Part shown: in pieces, positions 54,301 through 64,000 of the stretch | Position numbering within the stretch: position 1 is the first letter of the stretch | Layout of the letters: each line of letters starts with the position of its first letter | Assembly: GCF_031769215.1 (NCBI RefSeq) | Contig: NW_026782057.1 | Coordinates: forward strand, 62,001-126,000 | Source: Ylistrum balloti | Lineage: Eukaryota | Length of the DNA stretch: 64,000 bases | Direction: 5' to 3' | The notes under the pieces: generated by a model | What the model was told of the DNA's origin: nothing | Databases searched by the model: none | Seen by the model: only the letters and a program-made list of their open reading frames with translations | Translations under genes and position numbers: made by a program

Positions 54301-57300
54301 AGGGGAAAACATGTGTATATGTCACTTTATTTGATATTAGCATTTTATTGGAAACGATTTTTTTTCTTTTCTATTTTGTAAATTATTTTCATACAAGTTA
54401 TATAGCGCTTTATTTGATGGCTTCTTACTTAAGATGGAGAAATTATTTCCGACAATAAAATAAAGGAAAAAAGTTACCCTTAGATTTTTTTTCTTTTATC
54501 ACAACATTTTTTTCTTGTTTGTGTTTTAGAGCATCGTGGGAAATTGTTCAGAAATGCCTTGTGCTATCGGACAGCGATGTACTGAATTGTCCTCTGGCAA
54601 AGTCGTATGCGTTAATACAGGTATTTACGATACATAATGTTAATGTGGGTAAACTATGAATAGTACAACTTAAACATTCGACAACATAATAAGAGTATAT
54701 AGTATACGAGTTCTATGGCATATTGAGGTTATTGAACTAGTTCAACCTGGTGATTTTTTTTATCGTAATCTCTCCGTCCCGGCCCTTGGTAGAGACGAGG
54801 ATTCTTTGACTGGATTTGTGTTTCACCAGACCTGAATATGTTTATCCTTGGGGTAAAAAGAGGGGATTCCACTTTCAATCTAAGACGAAATTGAATTTCT
54901 TATTTAATGTCACATCAGGGACGTTATAATACAGATAATATGTATTATACGTCTCTGGTCACATTTAAGTTTTGTGTTTACAGAATGTCCAGATCCGCCG
55001 GAAATGACGTCATCAACCACGTCAAGTTTAAGAACAGTCGGTATTACAATTAGTTACGAATACGTTGCAGACGCATCAAATCCAGCCATCGTATCCGGAA
55101 ATCCAAATATCACGTGCAAGACTGATAACACGTGGACATATTCGGACTACACTGTCAAACGTTAGTACAGTTTTTATTACAATGCTACAAATCGAATTTA
55201 ACAATGCTAACTTGCGACAAATGTTGTACATCGGTGTTGGCTAATGAATTATTAGTGAGTGTAAGTGTTATCTAATTAAATGAATTTATGCATGCAATGA
55301 ATCAATCATAGTTGACTAACTAGTTGTTTGGGCTCCTCGTCTGTAAATCCTTTCTTCTATCTTTTTTTCGAATCGTGCGTGAGAGTTTGAAATAAAAATG
55401 ATATATGTGTTTAATTTGTAACTTAAAACTATAATGTGGTCTCTTCCATCCATATTTCTATACATTTAGTTTGTGGTGTACTGATTATACATGCAAGCCC
55501 TACTGATTCCTACAGGCAGCAACTGAATATATTTTCCAATAAAATCAATAAAGCACGCGCGATTTAGAGCAAAACGCAATAATACAGCCTACACATAATG
55601 CCACGAGAAAACACAGCTCTACGAATAGATTCGAAAACAAAAACATACACGAGAAGGTCATTGTAGGATTTCTCGGTACACAAAGTTTTCAGTAAAGATG
55701 AGAAATTTGTGTTAATAATAATATTTACGCAGCAAATGAAACATTTAGATGACAGGTTTGTATTACAAATGGCGGCGGTATATATATGCCAGTTTCCCCT
55801 GAAATCTACACAGTTTGGCAATATATCCGTAGGGGAAATGGCATTTACACATATTCTTCCATAACCATGTTTACAAGCGCATGTGTCTCCGTCCTTTCGC
55901 ATCTCAAGGTATACAGCCTTCCTGATACAAAACATGAGTGACGTCATGTGGGAAACGCGATAAAAAAATATAAATTTCCTACCGTGCTGATATAGGAACC
56001 AGGTAGCCATGAGAAATCCATGCTTTTTCCCGGTATGGGATTTCCTTGTCTCATCCTAGGCTACAGAAAGCTATACGTGTTCTTTGCAAGTTCTGAAAAC
56101 GATTTAAGGATGTACTCTTTTGAGAAGAAAAAAAAGAAGCCCAGTATTAAACTTTTCTTCCAATTTTTTTTTGATGAAGCTAGATCTTAGAAAGAAGATT
56201 GAAAGCAAAAAATCAATATGTTGCTGCACTACTTTTTCCAGTACAGCCGCCAGAATATGCATAACAGGAAATAATTCATTTTCACATAAAGTTTTTATGT
56301 TTTCTGAATAACAGACATTACCTGTTATTTTCGCGGCAGCCGTCTTTAAATAAATTTTTGTCTTTTATTTTTAAGATCACGGTAAAATAATGGTATAAGC
56401 AAATGAAAATTTCGACATAAAGAAAAATACATTGAAAAATGCTTAGTTTTCATTTGCTTTAACGAGCTTTAACGATCTACTTTAGACTTCCAGAGTAATA
56501 CTCAAGAGAAGTTCTTAAGAAACCAGAAAACGTTGAAATGTTTTACGCTGTTAACCGAATCACGCCGGCAAGTACGCCGTCAAAAAAAAGTAGTCAACAA
56601 GCGAAATTTCTTCATAACGTCATAAAAAATCGCCTTTTTAAGTTTATAAACACAGCTTTAGATAACAAAGTGTATAAGACTACCAAAGCCCAAGATATTA
56701 TGTTGGAATTCATTTCATATTGAGTTATGGTTTACTTCCGGTCAAAACATCGAAAGAGGAACTACTTTTATGAGGTCACACACATACATTAGTTTGTCTA
56801 CTACTGACATCATGCGTTATCCTCAAAACTGAAAATCCTCATCAAGATTGAAACTCAATTTAATCTTTTCAAATATATAGATTAAATAACAAAATTATAA
56901 TTTTATTTGAAGTTGTATTGGCATGTGCATTAGAACTATATTTTGTGTAAGATTAAATCACAATGCATTAAGCGTGTGACACCATGCATATGTTTTTGTT
57001 TACACCCAATACACTTTGTATTGCACTCGGACCACCAAAAAAGGGTAAGAGAAAAGAGAAAAAAAATAATTCCCTTTAGGGTAAGATAGAGTCGCACAGG
57101 CACCATCGTCACTCATGTCTACTCTGGTGCGATTCGAATTCTACACCGTTTCACTACTACTGGCAATATCCTTCCGCCTAATGTTTGGGGGAAAATTCTG
57201 ACGTGAAAATGTTTGTACTAAATATTGTTTTATAAACACAATTCACAATTTTAATGGAAATAGATATTAAAAAAGAGATTCCGATTATATCCTAAGTGTT

Positions 57301-60300
57301 TGTTAAGAAAAAATAACATTTATATAACAATTTCGTATTTCGGAACTCTTTTGTTTACATATTACTTCATAACTATTTTTGCATTGTCTAGAAGACTTGA
57401 CATCAAATAGCGGCTGTTTTAAAATGCTACCAAAACCAAACATAAAATCTTTAATTTGATTTCTTGAGTACTCTAACTTCTGACTAAACAAAACATTAAA
57501 ACTTGAAACATAGGTATTAAATTGTTTTTATCAAAGGATAAAGTACAGTGTAGTCCGCATTTAATATTTTTGTCCATTGACCCAGAATCCAAATATTGAT
57601 AAAAAAATGTTATTCAAATATAATAATCTTTTCGTTGTTTTTACGCAATATCACGTTTCAGATTAGTCTTTTTTCGCTATTATTCAATAATGTGAACAAA
57701 ACCGGACTAAAACATCATAAACTATTTCAATATCTTACAATGTACACAAAGATTAAACAATGAATAATTGTAAAATAGTATTACGATCAGCGTGGAGTAC
57801 TAGCCAAGTTGCTATTCTATCACTCACCCCTATCACAAATATTTACTACTTACAATCTAACGCCACTCTTACCGACTAACGATGTGTGTGAGTTTTGGTT
57901 TTTAAACGTATCAAAGTAACCATAGGCTTTGATAAGAATATTTCTTACTTTCTGGCTGGAATGAAAGAAAAGTCGACTTGCAAACCTATCGTGCGAATCG
58001 GTTTTTCGTTCTTTAAGTTAAGATCAATGTAAGACAAAAAAAATAACATTAATCCTAAAAGTAATACAGTTTTTTTAATAAACAGTTACATATCAAACCT
58101 GTTTGTATATTTTTAGGGATATCACGCATATGGTAGATCAAAGGATATCGTAATATGTATGTCTGTAACACCGGTAATTTAACCTGAAACTAATATGGCT
58201 GTAATTGTTGTGATTGGTATTAACCAAATTATCGTAATTATCACTAATTTATATAAATAAATGTTTTGTGATTGTTTTTTTTTTTTATATTCTGATCATG
58301 TGTTTATGTGTTATGTTTTTAAAGACGTGTGACACTTAGACAAAAAATATATCATTATTTCATTTATATATTTCCCAGTGTGTCCGTCAGACTTCCAAGT
58401 TGTTGCCGGAACCTATTGTGTCCTGATTGTTACGGACCAAAGACTGGCCCCTGCCAAAGGTGATGAGTACTGTCAGACAAAAGGAGGCCGACTCATTTGG
58501 ATGACCAGTGTTGATAAATTTGACGCAGTCGTGGCCGTTATTGGTGTGTAGCTTATTTTTTATTGCTATATCAATATTGATTCATTAGTATATGTCATTG
58601 ATTTATCATTATTACTACTTATCGAGTATTCAGCACGGAGACCGTTCCGGAACCACGGAACAGAGACAATAAATCAAATCTGAACGAAAGGAAAATAATC
58701 TGAGGAAGAAATTAAATCTAAAATATGCTGTGTGCACATAGTTTCATACGTCTCTGTTTCCCACAACTGTCGGCTTGTGATCGTCTCTAGATCTTGGTGT
58801 GGGCGGGGACCTCTATTTGATGACAAGAGACACATTCGAATAGGGAACACAGTACGGTATAAAACACGTTAGACCTAGTACGGTATAAAACACGTTAGAC
58901 CTAGTACGGTATAAAATAGGTTAGACCTAGTACGGTATAAAACACGTTAGACCTAGTACGGTATAAAATAGGTTAGACCTAGTACGGTATAAAATAGGTT
59001 AGACCTAGTACGGTATAAAACACGTTAGACCCAGTACAGTATAAAACAGGTTAGACCTAGTACGGTATAAAACACGTTAGACCTAGTACGGTATAAAACA
59101 GGTTAGACCTAGTAAGGTATAAAACAGGTTAGACCTAGTACGGTATAAAACAGGTTATACCTAGTACGGTATAAAACAGGTTAGACCTAGTACGATATAA
59201 AACACGTTAGACCTAGTACGGTATAAAACATGTTAGATCTAGTACGGTATAAAATAGGTTAGACCTAGTACGGTATCAAACAGGTTAGACCTAGTACGAT
59301 ATAAAACACGTTAGACCTAGTACGGTATAAAACATGTTAGATCTAGTACGGTATAAAATAGGTTAGACCTAGTACGGTATAAAACAGGTTAGACCTAGTA
59401 TGGTATAAAACAGGTTAGACCTAGTACGATATAAAACGCGTTAGACCTAGTACGGTATAAAACAAGTTAGACCTAGTACGGTATAAAACATGTTAGATCT
59501 AGTACGGTATAAAATAGGTTAGACCTAGTACGGTATAAAACAGGTTAGACATAGTATGGTATAAAACATGTTAGACCTAGTACGGTATAAAACAGGTTAG
59601 ACCTAGTACGATATAAAACACGTTAGACCTAGTACGGTATTAAACAGGTTAGACCTAGTACGGTATAAAACATGTTAGACCTAGTACGGTATTAAACAGG
59701 TTAGACCTCGTACGGTATAAAACATGTTAGACCTAGTACGTTATAAAACAGGTTAGATCTAGTACGGTATAAAACACGCTAGACCTAGTAAGGTATAAAA
59801 CAGGTTAGATCTAGTACGGTATAAAACACGTTAGAACTAATACAGTGTAAAACAGATTCTACGTCGGCAGTTCTGCAAAATGATGTGAGACCACTCCTCG
59901 ACAAAAGGTATTATTGTAATGAAATCTTTATAACATGCCTTCAATTTTATTTCATCAGCGCTGAAATGTACTACACTTGCCATGTGTTGTTTACGACATT
60001 AAAACTGTAAACTTCATCTATTTTGCGACTATTATGAAACAAGGTATGTTACAAGATGTAATGATTCTGGACTACCCGGTTGGAAGGAGCGTGTGTCAAT
60101 GTTGTAAAATGTGCTTTGGTAAAAGTTTTTTTTGTTTAGTCTTGACATAAATAAACACAAATAAAACTGGAATCACTGTTGTCGACAAGAAATAATAATT
60201 TCCATATATTGCAGACACAGGAAGATATTTTTTGGCGGGATCGGACGCGGATGTTGAAGGTACGTGGAAACTGCCAGACGGGGAGCCAATGACGTGGGTA

Positions 60301-60423
60301 CACAGCCGCGCAGAAACTATCGACACCGACAATGAAGATTGTCTAACCTACGACCACAGCTATAAGAAACTGAGAGATTTTGTCTGTACCGGCGCCAAAT
60401 TATTCATATGTGAAATTGCATAG
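50955..60423 (+). CDS. Gene C: paralog of gene B, join(50955..51314,54530..54620,54984..55160,58379..58543,60215..60423), 333 aa (319 aa if started at ATG 50997)
   Basis: All splice sites are GT/AG and the spliced frame is open (1002 nt). The PAN exon is 56/85 aa identical to gene B by hand alignment. TATAAAA at 50850-50856; AATAAA at 60669-60674. Confidence 0.88.
52229..52670. repeat. 39-bp minisatellite, 11 copies plus a decayed one (gene C intron 1)
   Basis: GGATACAACGAAAGGATAGGGAAGGACAGGATTTAGTGA recurs every 39 nt (52229, 52268 ... 52619). Confidence 0.95.
53235..53470 (-). pseudogene. Frameshifted THAP-type zinc-finger N-terminus, probably DNA-transposon derived, in gene C intron 1
   Basis: ATG at 53470: MVKRCCRGTCNTD, then a 1-nt frameshift, then RYAERLERGVVFIPFPKSQTKHEKCKSWLRLCGRP...KHF. 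Shows C-x4-C, FP, W and KHF hallmarks. Confidence 0.65.
54530..54620 (+). CDS. Gene C exon 2: 4-Cys EGF/FOLN-like module
   Basis: tttAG|SIVGNCSEMPCAIGQRCTELSSGKVVCVNT|GTATTT; 91 nt. Confidence 0.88.
54984..55160 (+). CDS. Gene C exon 3: degenerate Sushi/CCP domain
   Basis: tacAG|ECPDPPEM...VGITISYEY...ITCKTDNTWTYSDYTVK|GTTAGT; 177 nt. Confidence 0.85.
58379..58543 (+). CDS. Gene C exon 4: C-type lectin domain, N-terminal half
   Basis: cccAG|LCPSDFQVVAGTYCVLIVTDQRLAPAKGDEYCQTKGGRLIWMTSVDKFDAVVAVI|GTGTGT; 165 nt. Confidence 0.88.
58851..59853. repeat. 26-bp minisatellite, ~38 copies (gene C intron 4)
   Basis: Unit AGTACGGTATAAAACA(C/G)GTTAGACCT. Confidence 0.97.
60215..60423 (+). CDS. Gene C exon 5: C-type lectin domain, C-terminal half
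   Basis: tgcAG|DTGRYFLAGSDADVEGTWKLPDGEPMTW...EDCLTYDHSYKKLRDFVCTGAKLFICEIA*; 209 nt. Confidence 0.9.
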
Positions 60424-61989
60424 AGCCAACGATCTCTTATGAAGTTCGTATGAGGTCAGAAAACGATGACTTTTTACAATGGAATTTTTTATTTCACCTG
60501 TACACGGTATGTACCGGGTGATCGCCGGAATGTCCCCAAAAAAGGTCAGGGAAGACAAGAATTTCTTTTCATCACAACGCCTTTGCCTTTGACAATTATT
60601 TTTATTATATATCTATTTCTGACACTGTGATCAATACCTTCATAAAAGTATTTGAGTGAATTGTTGTAAATAAAAGGAATCACAATTTGTAGATATGTCG
60701 TGTGATTAAGAAAATCCCACATCTCAGTCTTGTCTCTTTTCTTTTAAAATTCAGTACGTTACCGAGTCTGATGTACACGGGAACAAAGATATAATTTATA
60801 AAGAATGTTTACGTGTAAGTATAGAAAAACTAGCCAATGGTCATTACAAACCATGGCAATTGGTGTTTCTCGTTTGAAATCAAGATGTCCGTTAATAGAT
60901 TGTACTACATAATGTAATACGGAAATATGTATACACATTACACGTGATTTTATGTGTGTTTGAATAATTCTTGGACGTCAGTTTCATTGACGCAGACTCA
61001 TGCCGGCCAAGATCAAGAAAATTATCGATTAAATTTCCTTGCATCTCTTCAACTTCAACATTATATATATACTAATATGTCTTAAATATAAGCCTTACAG
61101 CAAGAGTTTATATCTTGATGTTGATCCAGTATTTGTTTATATTTGAATAGAGTTTGGTATTGTCCATGAACAAATTTATGCAACACTCTATAAGATCTGG
61201 AGTAATACAAGAAGTTACAAGAAAAATAGAAAAATATTATGGTAACAGAAGAAAGATAAATAATAAAATGTCCTCAATAAACAAAGACACAACTACGACA
61301 CTAACCTACATACAGAAAGTTTTGTGGCACTGAGTGAAATCGTTTCGAAGTTGTAGACGGGAAAGGAAAGTTGTCCTTTTGGTGTCCATTGCTGTGGAAC
61401 AAGACACGTTCAGAACAACTTGCAGTATGCTGATTGGGGTCAAGGGCACACTGAACTTTCTATCAGAAAAGTTAATACCATCGCCGTACATATCGCAGAA
61501 CATCTTTAATACAAACCCAATTTTCTGACAAATTCTTTCATTGCAAACAAAACAAAAAACAAAACAAACAAAAGCAAAACTGTATGGATGAAATGTTTAA
61601 TCCTTCAAACTAAATGCGTATGTTTTTACAAAGAATGTATTTGACTGAAAAACACTGTCTCAGGTGAAAATTCATTGTTTCCGTCATACATTTAATCTCA
61701 TTGTGTCGGGTAGCGCTCAACCTTTTTAATCATTAAAAAAAAGGAAACAGAAACTAAATTTGTCGGTATGACATGAACACCCTCGCTGGCACCAGTGAGA
61801 ACATGGGGTCTTTAAAGTGCTATTGTTTTTAAGGGGTGTGTCCATTTTATAATACATATACATAAGGCATTCGTTTATTAGGTCGCTTAGGTCCCATAAA
61901 ACAATGCCAATCAAAGTTCTAAAACTTCCTATTTCAGTACCGAGAAAAACGTAAACTGAGATATAAACTCTAAAGGCCATACCGTAGAA

Positions 61990-62525
61990 CACAATGCTTT
62001 TGAAGCAGTTTGACCAAAGGACCTGTGTCGCTCATCTAGTACTCAATGCTTTTCATAAACACCATTTTTTCACATAATTGATATTTAAAGCCTAGGTCAA
62101 TAAGAAGTCCTTTGAAGTTTGAAACAAACACCGACACTTGTAACCTTATATACAATTCAATGTGTTTTCCACTGGGCTTCTAGAACTACCAAATATCATG
62201 AATTCAGGCATTTAGTTAAATCATCAGAAGTTGTTTGAATTTTTAAAAAAAATCATAAGAAGACTTTGGTTATGTGTCAAGTCCATTTTTTTGCAACTAC
62301 TGATTGGCTTCATTCAAGAAATTTTCTTGCAAAATGTGATCGTAGGCCTTTTGATTATAGAGAAGAGTTTGCTTGAAGGGTTAAACAAATTTGACCATTA
62401 ATATGGGTCAAGCTTATTTCCTTTCGCAAACTTTTTTGTGCTTCATGGCATAAACTTACATGTCAAATATAATAATTCTATGACTTTCGTTTTACAAGAA
62501 AACGCTGGGTCAGGTGAGCTGAAAA
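61990..62525. mobile_element. Decayed bivalve-type non-autonomous element
   Basis: GTCGCTCATCT near 62027 and GGTCAGGTGAGCTGAAAA near 62509 resemble the common CGCTCACCTG / CAGGTGAGCTAAAA termini. Confidence 0.35.
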
Positions 62526-63059
62526 ATGACCAAAACCATAAGTGATTTTTTTTTAATCCGACCGAAACCAAATATACGACCTGAGCTGAGTTTTCACTTT
62601 ATACAGAAACGTATCAAGTGTCAGATCAATTTCTGCATCTATTAAAGATCATTGTGTCAAAACTAAACAAATTCTGACAGAACGACGGCAACGGGCCATG
62701 TTAAGCAGATATGTTAGTTGGCATCGCGCTGCTTTCAATTGTCTTTCATATTGTCTATAAATGCCAATAAAATCCAGCGCGATGCTTATATTTTTCATTT
62801 TCCATATCCATACTATTATGAGAAGAGATTATCTTATTGTTTCTTTATAATTACCCGCAGTATTCCTACACCGCTGGCAGTTCATGGCCTGGTAATTCAC
62901 CATTGACAAAAATCCCATACAATGGTAAATATATGAAAATGTTTTAAACATATGCACAAAACGAGTGCAATACATATAACTACAGAAGCATTAGACAGTG
63001 ACAATCAAGGGTTATACAGAGTATTGTTCCTAGTAACACAAAACCGTTTTACATAGCAC

Positions 63060-63620
63060 ACCAGTATTATACATTGAAACACAAGTGTTGTACATAGTAA
63101 CACAAGTGTTGTACTGTACATAGTAACAAAGGTGTTGAAAATAGTAACATACTAGTGTTAGTAATATAACATAACACTAGGGTTATAGCACAAGTGTTGT
63201 GTTTAGTAACACTCAAGTATTGTACATAGTGAAATACAAGTGGTTTACACAGTAACACACAATTATTTTACACAGTAACACACAATTATTACACCTGGTA
63301 ACGTAATTGTATTGTTCATAGTAACACATGTATTGCACATAGTTAAACAAATTTGGACATAGTGACACACGAGTTTTGTACTTACTAACTCACAAGCATT
63401 GGGCACAATAACATACAAATATTGTACATACATTTGTAGTAACACACAAATAGTTTACATACATTTGTAGTAACACACAAATATCGTACATACATTTGTA
63501 GTAACACACAAATATTGTACATACATTTGTAGTAACACACAAATAAAGTAAAAAAAAAAAAAAAGATTGTATATAGTTACACATTGTACATTGTAGCACT
63601 CAAGTGTTTTGCATAGTTAC
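63060..63620. repeat. Low-complexity AGTAACACA-rich tandem region including four 31-bp copies at ~63420-63545
   Basis: CATACATTTGTAGTAACACACAAATA recurs at a 31-nt period. Confidence 0.8.
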
Positions 63621-64000
63621 ACAACAAAAAATTATTATACATAGCAACAGACATATTGTGCATAGCTTTATTAAGGCTGATGTGGGTCCTGACTGATTGG
63701 TGTTACTGTAAAGTGACCCCTGAATGAAAATAGAAATGAATAAAGAACTATTATCCAAAATTAAAAATGTTGAAAACCGCATCAAAATCGGCCGGTCCAA
63801 TACCGAGATATTCACTTTTCTTACTACTAATCAGCCCAAGGCCGACTCGCGGCTGTGACGTCACAACTTCAACGACTGGTAGCCGTCGCCATGGAAGGAA
63901 ATGGTGAGATCGAGAACAGCTTTGTTATGTAATATCAGATTGTGCATGACGGTTGCCAGAATTTGCCAGACATCGATTTAAAATAACTAATTTAAATACA

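Noticed and set aside
55564-56010. 148-aa minus-strand ORF in gene C intron 3
   Set aside because: No domain motif recognised; it lies in repeat-like sequence and has no counterpart in gene B intron 3.
54860-56050. NF-kB-like sites (GGGGATTCCA at ~54863, GGGATTTCCT at ~56037)
   Set aside because: Imperfect, intronic and not conserved in gene B; expected by chance.
57120-57190. tRNA/SINE B-box-like TTCGAATC on the minus strand
   Set aside because: No convincing A box or cloverleaf.

Overview
AT-rich, intron-containing eukaryotic genomic DNA. The repeat content resembles a bivalve mollusc; this is an inference and no database search was run. There are two N gaps (37683-37823, 41366-41496). 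The window holds a cluster of three paralogous 5-exon genes for a probably secreted modular protein: signal peptide - PAN/apple - 4-Cys EGF/FOLN-like module - degenerate Sushi/CCP - non-canonical C-type lectin domain. Gene B (+, 29030-39895, 320 aa) and gene C (+, 50955-60423, 333 aa, or 319 aa from the second ATG) are complete, with identical lengths for exons 2-5 and identical intron phases. Gene A (-, exons at 10056-10376 and 53-143, running off the window start) is a near-identical head-to-head copy of B. A and B result from a giant inverted duplication: 1-~19330 mirrors ~21221-35682 around a ~1.9 kb spacer. Its arms show mosaic divergence (about 1% versus 10-12% tracts, counted by hand) and arm-specific changes: a Gypsy derivative with an in-frame RT/RNase H deletion, a nested 1.5 kb tandem duplication and a 2.2 kb indel. 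The rest is decayed transposons (Penelope-like RT, a second Gypsy pol, LINE endonuclease, mariner, THAP) and minisatellites (33, 39, 26, ~44 and 31 bp units). There is no CRISPR array, rRNA or convincing tRNA.
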